Virus record (IMG/VR): IMGVR_UViG_3300033121_001780
DNA length: 64,000 nucleotides
Reading direction: 5' to 3' (one strand)
Source of the DNA: an uncultured virus (IMG/VR IMGVR_UViG_3300033121_001780)
Taxonomy: Duplodnaviria > Heunggongvirae > Uroviricota > Caudoviricetes
Below the pieces are notes generated by a model. The model had not been told where the DNA came from. It saw only the letters and a list, made by a program, of their open reading frames with translations, and ran no database searches. Below are positions 39,250-48,720 of the stretch, piece after piece. Every line of letters begins with the position of its first letter. Positions within the stretch are counted from its first letter, which is position 1. Both the position numbers and the translations under genes were made by a program.

Positions 39250-39443
39250 CTAAAAGAGAAATAGATGAATGGAAGAGCTTTCATTATAGAATGGATGAAG
39301 AGGGATTTGAATACTGCTTTGAAGGATATAGTGATTGGAAAGATATAGAGGATGAGGAATTTCATAGATTAAGACTGCAATACCTCCAATCAGCAAAAGA
39401 TCTAAGAAAGTATATTGTTGATAAATACAAATCAGTGATCTGA
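39246..39443 (+). CDS. Small conserved phage-type hypothetical protein
   Basis: ATGA-coupled start 39246; EEGFEYCFEGYSDWKDIEDEEFHRLR. Confidence 0.6.
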   Translation: MTKREIDEWKSFHYRMDEEGFEYCFEGYSDWKDIEDEEFHRLRLQYLQSAKDLRKYIVDKYKSVI

Positions 39444-39839
39444 GAACGATTTCCAATTCTCTATTGATGGCATTCTAAGAATTATAAAAAATTGAACCCA
39501 GTCCTCATTGAGATGTGACTTCAATTCATCAATACTCTGTGGATATTTAATAAATGTCCCTTTATATTCTTGATACCCAATACTACACGCAATCGCATTA
39601 GATGATTCTATAAGAAGCTCTATTCGAGATATTACTAAATGCTTAATAATTAAATCAATTCGAGTTAGGCTCGGATCACTAACATTTTTCTTCTTCTTTA
39701 ATGATTCTGAAAAAACCCACAATCGTATTTCATTCCTTCGTAAAGTCCTAGTGACAAGTGATATTAGATCCTGATTAGTTTCTATTTCTATTTCGGACTT
39801 TATATCCTCCATGTATTTAATTAAATCATCCAAATTCAT
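39432..39839 (-). CDS. Hypothetical protein
   Basis: Start refined to ATG 39839, 5 nt after an AATATATA box. Confidence 0.6.
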   Translation of the reverse strand: MNLDDLIKYMEDIKSEIEIETNQDLISLVTRTLRRNEIRLWVFSESLKKKKNVSDPSLTRIDLIIKHLVISRIELLIESSNAIACSIGYQEYKGTFIKYPQSIDELKSHLNEDWVQFFIILRMPSIENWKSFSDH

Positions 39840-39896
39840 TACATTATATATTAAACTTAACAAAATGGTATAATAGAAGTAGAAAATATCAATTAT

Positions 39897-40208
39897 ATGA
39901 AATCTGGAATTGAACTAATATCAGAAGAAAGAAATAGACAAATTCAACAGGAAGGATGGACGCCTGATCACGATGATACACATACGAGAAGTGAGCTTTC
40001 ACATGCTGCTGCATACTATGCTCTAGATCCAAGAAAAAGAACACACTTTCCAGAATATGAAAAGGAACTATGGCCATGGAATAAATCGTGGCTAAAGACC
40101 TCTTGCAAACACGACCCTAATGACAATCCTCCAGCTAGAATTAGAGAACTCCAAAAAGCGGGAGCTCTAATAGCCGCCGAGATTGATAGGCTACAAAGAC
40201 TTAAATAA
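39897..40208 (+). CDS. Conserved phage protein (ERxRQ..EGW..HDD / AGALIxAEIDRL family)
   Basis: Recognisable widespread phage motif set; function unknown to me. Confidence 0.7.
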   Translation: MKSGIELISEERNRQIQQEGWTPDHDDTHTRSELSHAAAYYALDPRKRTHFPEYEKELWPWNKSWLKTSCKHDPNDNPPARIRELQKAGALIAAEIDRLQRLK

Positions 40209-40209
40209 C

Positions 40210-40536
40210 ATGGAGCCTATATATGTCTATAATTTACCAAGAGAGGATAAGATAAATACAATTCTTAAGGAAATTGGATCGGAAAATTTAGACAGGGATA
40301 GAACATTAATTGGACCAATCATTGACTATATTGCCGGAATTGCACAGGGACAAACATTTGAAATTGATGGAAAATCATATTTCATTTTAACAGCATTGGA
40401 TCCGACTCCAATTGAAGGTGATGATAGACAGCATATAATCCTATATAAAATTGTTAATGATAGGCATTACAGGCTAGCTCTAGTTGATTTGCGAAATAAA
40501 ATTCGATCTGAGAAAATCGATAATATCACTAACTAA
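40210..40536 (+). CDS. Hypothetical protein with C-terminal tag
   Basis: Ends KIRSEKIDNITN; also carries an N-proximal REDKINTIL copy. Confidence 0.65.
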   Translation: MEPIYVYNLPREDKINTILKEIGSENLDRDRTLIGPIIDYIAGIAQGQTFEIDGKSYFILTALDPTPIEGDDRQHIILYKIVNDRHYRLALVDLRNKIRSEKIDNITN

Positions 40537-41014
40537 ATTCAATTTTAATATCAGTGATGGACATTGGATCCCTATATCGATCAGTTTTATGAACATTGAC
40601 AAAAATACTTGTATCTATAATATCGTTAGAAAGTTCAATGAACCTCTTAAAAACATATTGAAGGGTTGCAATAGTGTATCCACTAACATCCAAATTTCCC
40701 CTCATTCCCATCGGATGTGGAATTTCAGCTTTTAGATATATTCCACACAGATTATCATTTGGTTGTTTGAATAGCAATGTTTCTGTTCTTGATCCATATT
40801 TAGACATCTTTTCAGTTTGAATATATATGGCCTGATTTCCGAATTTTCTCGAATTGAAATTATATACCCCAATATCGTCCAATTGATCGATTTTTATCTT
40901 ATCACTATCTATGTATTCTATGAGGAAGTCTTTAATATCTTCAAAAGTAAATGGTAGATCTGGTTTGGGGAAATGTCCATATAATCTCGATTCAAATTTT
41001 TTTAGATATCTCAT
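40529..41014 (-). CDS. Hypothetical protein with N-terminal tag
   Basis: MRYLKKFESR; AATATATA 5 nt before ATG. Confidence 0.7.
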   Translation of the reverse strand: MRYLKKFESRLYGHFPKPDLPFTFEDIKDFLIEYIDSDKIKIDQLDDIGVYNFNSRKFGNQAIYIQTEKMSKYGSRTETLLFKQPNDNLCGIYLKAEIPHPMGMRGNLDVSGYTIATLQYVFKRFIELSNDIIDTSIFVNVHKTDRYRDPMSITDIKIEFS

Positions 41015-41049
41015 TATAGTATATATTTGATGGATCTATCAAAAATTCC

Positions 41050-41442
41050 ATGAAAAATTGCATAGTTTATTTATCTACAAATTCCCTTACAAAAGAAAGA
41101 ATTTCATGTGGTTTAATTTATATTAAAGATGATGGATCACACATATTTCGATGGTCTAAAAAGAAGTTAGATCTTTTCCTATCAATAATGCCGAATAATG
41201 AGGGAATAAAAAATCTTATTATGGTAAATTTTAATGGTATAGAAAGTTATCGAGGAAATATTGAGCCTGTAATTATTCAAAGCCAGAAAAGCAATTCTGG
41301 TCTTATTTACTACGGTTCTATAAATCCATTTATTAAGATGAAAAGTATGGATATTGAAAATGATTTTAATTTTTGGTTTTCTCGAATGATAGATAATGAG
41401 GACCCACGAGAAATTAAACTCGATAAGCTAGGAATTAAATAA
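41050..41442 (+). CDS. Hypothetical protein (DUF3037-like N-terminus?) with C-terminal tag
   Basis: ERISCGLI; ends PREIKLDKLGIK; TATATTTG at 41022-41029. Confidence 0.6.
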   Translation: MKNCIVYLSTNSLTKERISCGLIYIKDDGSHIFRWSKKKLDLFLSIMPNNEGIKNLIMVNFNGIESYRGNIEPVIIQSQKSNSGLIYYGSINPFIKMKSMDIENDFNFWFSRMIDNEDPREIKLDKLGIK

Positions 41443-41803
41443 TATCGAATTTCAATGTAGTTATTCCTCCACTGGGAGTCATGTAGAAGTCATATTCGTC
41501 CTTTTGCATCTCTAGTTCACACATATCTTCGATTTTCCTAATTATTGGATTATCAACAATGGATCTTTTCTTTTTAGATAAATCCCACAGCATAGAAATA
41601 AATGTTTTAGTCTCATCACTAGATTTATTAAATAGATTATATGGAGGTAGAGTGTATGTTATCATAACAGATATCACATCTATATCCTCATCTAAGAAAA
41701 CTTCAACTAGAAGTCCATCATCAATCATATCTGAAAAAATATCAAGAATAGTGCTTTGAATATTAGGAAATATAGAAGATTTATATGTGTGAAGATATTT
41801 CAT
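41435..41803 (-). CDS. Hypothetical protein with N-terminal tag variant
   Basis: MKYLHTYKSS; ILDIFSDMIDDG. Confidence 0.65.
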   Translation of the reverse strand: MKYLHTYKSSIFPNIQSTILDIFSDMIDDGLLVEVFLDEDIDVISVMITYTLPPYNLFNKSSDETKTFISMLWDLSKKKRSIVDNPIIRKIEDMCELEMQKDEYDFYMTPSGGITTLKFDII

Positions 41804-42055
41804 TTACCATCCTAGGGATTTTGAAATTTCTGGTGTAAATCCACCGAGCTCTTTCAAACGAGCAGAGATTCTATCCATTATTTTGCCCTCTTCCTCTAGA
41901 ACCTGATTGAAGTCGTCCTTTCCAATGGATTTAGATCCCGGACCAGGTAAAAATCTATACCAAGAACAAATTTGATAGTGAGATGCTTTTTCAACTTCTT
42001 CCATGGTTGGATATGCACTTCCATTTGATTCGTTAAATTTTCTTAGATATTTCAT
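41804..42055 (-). CDS. Hypothetical protein with N-terminal tag
   Basis: MKYLRKFNES; WYRFLPGPG..GGFTPEISKSLGW. Confidence 0.7.
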   Translation of the reverse strand: MKYLRKFNESNGSAYPTMEEVEKASHYQICSWYRFLPGPGSKSIGKDDFNQVLEEEGKIMDRISARLKELGGFTPEISKSLGW

Positions 42056-42486
42056 TTTGTTTCGTTTAGATTTTTTGGTGGGATATCACCTAAATGAGAG
42101 ATATTTTCAATCAAATCTTTATTTTCACATTTGATTTTAGTGTGAGTGAAATTTGCACCAGTCCATTCAATTCCCTCTATAAAAGCCTCGATCCAGACTT
42201 CTATCTTATCATGATAATAGTCTCCATATTTATATAATTTACCATCTATATAAAGAGCATCTGATCAAGGCTCTTTTTCATGTGTAACTATTTGAATTTT
42301 ACGTATATATTTTTATATATTTATTCAAATTTCCAATTTATGAGAAAAATCCTATCAATCCTTGCTCTGATTCCACTTTCACTATTTTCACAGTGTCCAA
42401 ATACCTATTCTTTCAATTCAGATACAGAATTTTATTCATAGTGGCCAGCCATCTAGGAGCTTCGAGCTACGGGGAAAGAAATTAGA

Positions 42487-43038
42487 TCAATAAGATTTAA
42501 CATGATCTATTATTTTCAATAAATTTGTTGAATTGTTTGGATATTTATCCAATAAATTTTCTAGAAACTCAAGCCTTCCTTCTTTGTATTTATCCCTGCC
42601 AAATATTTGATATTCTCTCCAAATACCTTCCTCCCATTCCAGAAGTGATTCATAGTCCCTCTCAACAATATTCATATCAAAGGAATTAAATAAACTAGAC
42701 AAAGGAGAATTTGATTCATGTGTTTTTGTATCCAGAATCATTTGATTTATGTCAAGAACATCTTGATTTTTCTCTTGACATAAATTGAGAAAAAATGAAG
42801 ATGACATTTCTTCATTATTGGTTTTTGATGGATAATAAACTATATCATGAAATAGCGATGCTAAAACCAACTTCTCATAATCTTTTTGAGACTTCAATAT
42901 GGATCTAGACTCGTTTATTTGTGACAACATGTCCACTAGATGACTTTGATTGTGGTAGTACCTATGAGATTCATTCCACATACCAAGCAATGTGCTATAA
43001 TTTACTTTAATCTTCCACTTATCCAATATATCTTGCAT
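42487..43038 (-). CDS. HD-superfamily phosphohydrolase
   Basis: RYYHNQSHL, LFHDIVY, IWREY, GRLEFL. Confidence 0.8.
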   Translation of the reverse strand: MQDILDKWKIKVNYSTLLGMWNESHRYYHNQSHLVDMLSQINESRSILKSQKDYEKLVLASLFHDIVYYPSKTNNEEMSSSFFLNLCQEKNQDVLDINQMILDTKTHESNSPLSSLFNSFDMNIVERDYESLLEWEEGIWREYQIFGRDKYKEGRLEFLENLLDKYPNNSTNLLKIIDHVKSY

Positions 43039-43121
43039 ATGGTATATAGTAATTATTTTAATCGCCTATTATTAGATAGTTTATTTGGAATTTGATTATA
43101 TTTGTAAATAAATTGGAATAA

Positions 43122-43742
43122 ATGTTGGAAGTTGCACTCACAGGTAATCGATTCACTGGAAAAGATTATGTTGTCACAAGATTTAGAAAATTGGGAATTC
43201 CGGTTTTCGATGGAGACACTGTTTTAAAGTTTATCCTAAATCATAAATTTTATTTCAATGATTCTCTAAAAAAAGACTTGGGAAAATCACCTTTCATTAA
43301 AGGACATATAAATTCCGATCTGATTAAAGATGATAGAGAATTCAATATTTTAATTGATCAAGTACAGGTTGAACTTTTCGATGCTTATGAGAAATATAAG
43401 AATAAACAAACCTATCCATATACAATATTTATGAGCTCTCTTCTTTTTGAGAGAGGATGGAATAAGAAATTTGACATCGTTATTAATACGTTTGCGCCAA
43501 ATGATGATCGAGCATTTAGAGCTAAAACAAATTGGAGAGATTCAAATGGACTTGGATATACATATCAAGAATTCTTTTCCCTTACAAAAACAGAATTCTC
43601 ACAATTCAAAAAAAATGAAATGTCAGAACATGTACTACATTCTTACAATGGGGATGGATTATTGAAAGAGTCAATTGTCAATATAGATCATATCATAAAG
43701 CAACAATTGAGACAACTCTATTCATATGCAGATCGAGGTTAA
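43122..43742 (+). CDS. coaE: Dephospho-CoA kinase-like protein
   Basis: VALTGNRFTGKD, GIPVFDGD, LLFE..W..FD; TATATTTG at 43097-43104. Confidence 0.7.
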   Translation: MLEVALTGNRFTGKDYVVTRFRKLGIPVFDGDTVLKFILNHKFYFNDSLKKDLGKSPFIKGHINSDLIKDDREFNILIDQVQVELFDAYEKYKNKQTYPYTIFMSSLLFERGWNKKFDIVINTFAPNDDRAFRAKTNWRDSNGLGYTYQEFFSLTKTEFSQFKKNEMSEHVLHSYNGDGLLKESIVNIDHIIKQQLRQLYSYADRG

Positions 43743-44142
43743 GCAAACTGGAATCATTTCTAATAAATTAGCCCTTATTAAAATGATCAAATCCCACACT
43801 CAATGGGGTTTGAAGCAAGCAAAAGATTGGGTTGATAATTTCTCTTTTGGAAAATCCCAATCTCTAGATGTCTTAGATCCAATTAAATTTGAACGCGAAT
43901 TGGAGGAAATAGGCGGGGTCAAGTCCTATAGCACTTCACAAAAGAGACAAAGGAAACTTATATCTATAGGACTAGGTGATATGGAAGATAAAATCGATTT
44001 TCTATCCCAAGAACTTACAGATGATCTTGCTAAAAATTATGGATGTGCATATTCTGATTATCTAAGATTCTTTACGGATCTATTAATTGATATGGATGAA
44101 AATAGTATAAACACCTTGGTATCAAGATTCCTAACAAAATGA
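43726..44142 (+). CDS. Ribosomal protein L7/L12 C-terminal-domain-like fusion protein
   Basis: KLALIKMIKSHTQWGLKQAKDWVD...ELEEIGG, then RQRKLISI and an acidic tail. Confidence 0.65.
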   Translation: MQIEVKQTGIISNKLALIKMIKSHTQWGLKQAKDWVDNFSFGKSQSLDVLDPIKFERELEEIGGVKSYSTSQKRQRKLISIGLGDMEDKIDFLSQELTDDLAKNYGCAYSDYLRFFTDLLIDMDENSINTLVSRFLTK

Positions 44143-44396
44143 AGGCCATAATAATTGATAATGGAGTAGTCCTTTTGGATGATATCCAATATCCAATATC
44201 CAAGTATCAAAAATCGTTTCATGATAAAATTGGATTGGAAGTAAACGTAACCTTGTATTTGGAAAATCCAGATACATGTGGCATCTATTGTAATGGTGAT
44301 GAAACTTGTACACTTTGCTACAAACCGACAGCATCAATAATTGATAATGAATCAATAATAAGAAAATATAAAATAGATAAAATAAATGGGTATTAA
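44139..44396 (+). CDS. Hypothetical Cys-containing protein with C-terminal tag
   Basis: Ends IIRKYKIDKINGY. Confidence 0.65.
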   Translation: MKAIIIDNGVVLLDDIQYPISKYQKSFHDKIGLEVNVTLYLENPDTCGIYCNGDETCTLCYKPTASIIDNESIIRKYKIDKINGY

Positions 44397-44985
44397 ACAC
44401 ACATCTTTGCGATCACGGTATCACATAGACACCTTTGGTAAAAGACATTTCGATCCGAAATTTGGAGGAACAAAAATTCTAAATATGGACTCAGAAGAAT
44501 TTGAAAATCGACTATCAAATGAAGAAACCAGTCTTATAGATTCCTCCATGGAATTCTGTAAGTATATTATAATTCCAAATTTTACCAAGGCTAAATCAGG
44601 ATCACACGAGATAACGGTAGAAAACTACCAATACCTACGAACTGGATACTCCGCTCGTCGCAATGGAGAATTGCCTGTATTGAGCAGATGGTTCGAGTTT
44701 CCAATAGAAATGCCTCCAGCGAAATATCTTCAATTAGTTCTTTATTCTAAAGACCAGATAGTAAAAGAATCAAAATCAAGGAATGAGGAAATTGATTCTG
44801 ATCTCACCGATTGGAACATTGTTGCAATTCTTGGACAAAATTCGGGTATTGTAGAGCCAATGGTTCCAATAACAATGATGAGAAACGCATTAGGAATGGA
44901 GGAAGGTGGAAACGGCGAAAAATTAAACAAAGAAGAATATCAAAAATCAATCGATTTTTGGTCCAAAATGGCTACTGTTAAATGA
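44386..44985 (+). CDS. DUF3228-like protein
   Basis: FCKY, GYSARRNGELPVLSRWF, LYSKDQI, PITMMRNALG.EEGG.G. Confidence 0.75.
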   Translation: MGIKHTSLRSRYHIDTFGKRHFDPKFGGTKILNMDSEEFENRLSNEETSLIDSSMEFCKYIIIPNFTKAKSGSHEITVENYQYLRTGYSARRNGELPVLSRWFEFPIEMPPAKYLQLVLYSKDQIVKESKSRNEEIDSDLTDWNIVAILGQNSGIVEPMVPITMMRNALGMEEGGNGEKLNKEEYQKSIDFWSKMATVK

Positions 44986-45049
44986 TTCCAAAGGAAACTA
45001 TATAGTAAATTTTAATGGAACCATTGTTTGTGATGGCGTCATATATCCA

Positions 45050-45571
45050 TTGGTTATGAATGAAAAGAAAATTAAACTTCATAATGATTCTCCTAGATGG
45101 GTAATTGAAACTCTAATAGATTTTAAAAATGATGTTGATGGTACAAAATGGAAATTTAACATGGATAAAGAACCGATGTTTATTAGAGATGGATTTCATA
45201 AATTTGAAGCCATTGAGGATTGTACTAGAGAATTAATTGACCAAGGAATAAGCGTTGGTGTTGTATATGACAGTACTCACTGTACTTTACACTTACCCCC
45301 ACATTTTCTTTTAGAAAATGCATCTTCGAGAGATAAATTCATATATAAGATTTTAGAAATGACTAAATTTAATTTTCATTCTAAATGTCCTATGACATTC
45401 CTATTGAAAAGAAACAAGTGGTTTAAATGGATGTGTGATGTCTGTGATTTTGGAGTAGATCCCTCTAGTCCATATTATAGCCTATATGATAATGTCATGA
45501 TGGTTAAATTGGTAACAAAGGATACAGAAATTATGGTAGATAGATTTTTTAAAGATTTTTTAGACAAATGA
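45050..45571 (+). CDS. Hypothetical protein
   Basis: 173-aa ORF. Confidence 0.6.
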   Translation: MVMNEKKIKLHNDSPRWVIETLIDFKNDVDGTKWKFNMDKEPMFIRDGFHKFEAIEDCTRELIDQGISVGVVYDSTHCTLHLPPHFLLENASSRDKFIYKILEMTKFNFHSKCPMTFLLKRNKWFKWMCDVCDFGVDPSSPYYSLYDNVMMVKLVTKDTEIMVDRFFKDFLDK

Positions 45572-45981
45572 CATTAAAAGATAAAGTAAGTGAAGTCCTT
45601 AAAAGAAATAATATACGATATAACATTCGTGATTATTATGAATTAGAAGAAAAGAATTCAAAAATGAAAGGACTCACCAATCAATATGGAATCACATATT
45701 TTATTAAGTTAAACACAAGTAGATTTGGTCTTAAATTGAGAGTCTATAAAGAATCAGAATTGATCTACGCTCATTATGATGACGATGGAGAGAATAATTA
45801 TTTTACATTCAGATGTAAAATTGAGGAATTCGAAGAAAAGATCAAAACATCAATGTATTTAATAGATGCCCATTTGAGAACAATAAAAGATATGTCACTA
45901 TTTGCCAATGGTAAAACACCATTAAATATCATAAGGGGCCAAAAAATTGATGATATATCTAAGGAAATAAATAATATTTAA
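45568..45981 (+). CDS. Hypothetical protein with C-terminal tag
   Basis: Ends IIRGQKIDDISKEINNI. Confidence 0.65.
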   Translation: MTLKDKVSEVLKRNNIRYNIRDYYELEEKNSKMKGLTNQYGITYFIKLNTSRFGLKLRVYKESELIYAHYDDDGENNYFTFRCKIEEFEEKIKTSMYLIDAHLRTIKDMSLFANGKTPLNIIRGQKIDDISKEINNI

Positions 45982-46054
45982 ATAATCAATACTTAAATTT
46001 TCTAGATTTTTAATGATCCATATTTATCATTGAAAAAGTGGAAAATATATAGTA

Positions 46055-48697
46055 TTGATGGGCATTTATAGAGCTTTTGTACTATTTTTTTCTTCAATAC
46101 TACCACTGGGAATCTTTTCCCAGTGCTTAAACGCTGATTTCGAAAGCGGAAATTTCACTGGATGGCAAGGAACCACAGGAACGTGTTGTCCAATTCTTCT
46201 TCCTAACAATGGAATTATTGCCGGGCGACAGACAATAGTCGGCCCCGGATTTGATGGAAACACATGCGGAGGTCTTTCCCGAGTATATGCGGGAAATTTT
46301 GCGGCTAGACTTGGAAACGCTAATATAGGAGCTGAAGCTGAAGGATTATCATACACATTCGTTGTGTCTCCTACTGGAAGTCTTATAAGATATGCATATG
46401 CTGTCATATTTGAAAATCCTAACCACGGACCAGCCAATCAACCCAGATTCAGTTCCAGGGTAAGCTTATCCGATGGATCAACAATACCATGCACTGAATA
46501 TACTGTAAATGCTGATTCTAATTTAATTGGATGGCAATCATGCCCAACAATTGATAATAATGGAGATTTAATCGATATAGTTTGGAGAAATTGGTCAGAA
46601 GTCACTGTTGATTTATCTGCATATATAGGACAAACAGTCACTCTAGAATTCGAAACTGGTGATTGCACATTGGGCGGTCACTTCGGATATGCCTATCTGG
46701 ATGCAATTTATTGCATGGATAATAATATTGTAGTTGATTATTGCGAAGGAGATACTATCTCGACCCTAACAGCCCCCGATGGATTTTCAAGTTATTCCTG
46801 GGAAAATGGAGACACAACACAATCAGTTACTATAAATCCCAATGTTTGGGATAGCATCTACTGTGTGGTCACCACAACTACTGGATGCGAATTAACACTT
46901 ATTTCAGATGTAGACATAACCAATATTGAATCTAGTTTTACATATGAAGGACAGTGTGAAGGAATATTCGAATTTACAAACACATCAACTTCAACACAAG
47001 GAATAACTTCACACTATTGGAATTTCGGTGATGGAGGATTTTCCGATATAGAAAATCCAACACACATATTTACACCAGGTCATTGGGTTGCTTCATTGAC
47101 AACCACATCTGTTCAAGGATGTGTAGATGTATCTGTACAAGAAATAGATGTATATCCATATCCTACAGCAGATTTTATATCAAATGATGTTTGTCTTGGA
47201 GATGAGTCGAATTTTACTAATCTATCAACTGTGATCCCTGGATATGGCTTGAATTATTTATGGGATCTTATTGAAACAACGTCATCAATTCAATCACCAT
47301 CGTACACATATCTAAACAGCGGATCCTATAATGTCAATTTAATTATAACAACACAAGGATCAATTTGTGGTGATACAATAACTAAAACCATAAATATCAG
47401 AGAAAATCCAATATCAAATTTCTCAACTAGCAATAATTGCGAAGGCGATAGTTCTCTATTTATCAACAATTCAAATTTACCAACATGGTCAACAAATCAG
47501 TTTATATGGACCTTCGGAGATGAATCAACATCAACTTCATTTTTAGATTCTGTATGGCATTTCTATTCTGAATATGGTATTTATCCAGTCAGTCTTCAGA
47601 TACTTTCCTCAGATGGGTTAATTATTTGTGAATCAACATACATCGATGAAATCATAATTCATCCTAATCCTGTGGCCAATTTTGAAGTTGCAAATGATTG
47701 CATCAACTCAAATATACAATTTACAAATTTGAGCACCATATCGACGGGACAAATATCATCCTACAATTGGAATCTTGGAAATGGATATTCAGACGAGGAG
47801 AATCCATTATCAATATATGATCAACCTGGATCTTTCTTGATTGAACTATCAATTTTATCAGACTTTGGATGTGTAGATAGTACTCAGAATATTTTAGAAA
47901 TATATCCACTTTCAGATGTATCATTTTCACTATCTGAAGAATCAGGATGTCCACCATTAACAATATCATTTAATGATAATTCCACCAATGATGTATCAAC
48001 ATGGGTATGGAATTTTGGTGATGGTAATTTCTCCTTCGATCAAAATCCAATACATACTTATGATATCAGTGGATCGTATGTAGTTACTTTACAGGTGACT
48101 ACAAGTGATAATTGTTCATCATCTAATACATCACCAATTGAAATTACAGTGTATCCAAATCCGATAGCTGGGTTTAACATATCCCCAACTCATCTCAGTG
48201 AGTTTGATCCACAAGTGCATATTCAAAATACTTCAACTGGAGCATCCTCTTATAATTGGAATTTTGGAGATGGATCATTTAGCTTCGAATCCAATCCACT
48301 TATTCATGTTTTTAATAGTGCTGGTAATTATCAAATCACACTAAATGTTGAAAATGAATTTGGATGTATTGATATGATGTTTACAACAGTTGATATTGAT
48401 CCAGTTTATACATTCTATATACCAAACTCATTTACTCCTGATGGAGATGGCAACAATGAAATTTTCTTTGGAAGTGGCATCGGATATACTGATATAACAA
48501 TGAGAATTTTCAACAGATGGGGAGAACTGATATTTGATGAAACTTCAAATAATGGTCATAGTGATATAAAACCATATTGGGATGGTACTTCAATGAATAT
48601 AGATTGTCAAATAGATGTATATATCTATCAATTTTTAGTGACTGATATATTTGGGGAAACTCATATGTACAATGGAAAGGTTACTTTAATAAGATAA
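46055..48697 (+). CDS. Secreted PKD-repeat protein with gliding-motility-associated (T9SS type B) C-terminal domain
   Basis: Signal peptide ..FSQC; repeated WNFGDG...P.H.Y; YIPNSFTPDGDGNNE, IFNRWGE, WDG, G.VTLIR. Confidence 0.9.
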   Translation: MMGIYRAFVLFFSSILPLGIFSQCLNADFESGNFTGWQGTTGTCCPILLPNNGIIAGRQTIVGPGFDGNTCGGLSRVYAGNFAARLGNANIGAEAEGLSYTFVVSPTGSLIRYAYAVIFENPNHGPANQPRFSSRVSLSDGSTIPCTEYTVNADSNLIGWQSCPTIDNNGDLIDIVWRNWSEVTVDLSAYIGQTVTLEFETGDCTLGGHFGYAYLDAIYCMDNNIVVDYCEGDTISTLTAPDGFSSYSWENGDTTQSVTINPNVWDSIYCVVTTTTGCELTLISDVDITNIESSFTYEGQCEGIFEFTNTSTSTQGITSHYWNFGDGGFSDIENPTHIFTPGHWVASLTTTSVQGCVDVSVQEIDVYPYPTADFISNDVCLGDESNFTNLSTVIPGYGLNYLWDLIETTSSIQSPSYTYLNSGSYNVNLIITTQGSICGDTITKTINIRENPISNFSTSNNCEGDSSLFINNSNLPTWSTNQFIWTFGDESTSTSFLDSVWHFYSEYGIYPVSLQILSSDGLIICESTYIDEIIIHPNPVANFEVANDCINSNIQFTNLSTISTGQISSYNWNLGNGYSDEENPLSIYDQPGSFLIELSILSDFGCVDSTQNILEIYPLSDVSFSLSEESGCPPLTISFNDNSTNDVSTWVWNFGDGNFSFDQNPIHTYDISGSYVVTLQVTTSDNCSSSNTSPIEITVYPNPIAGFNISPTHLSEFDPQVHIQNTSTGASSYNWNFGDGSFSFESNPLIHVFNSAGNYQITLNVENEFGCIDMMFTTVDIDPVYTFYIPNSFTPDGDGNNEIFFGSGIGYTDITMRIFNRWGELIFDETSNNGHSDIKPYWDGTSMNIDCQIDVYIYQFLVTDIFGETHMYNGKVTLIR

Positions 48698-48720
48698 AAA
48701 TTAACATTTTTGACTCATCT

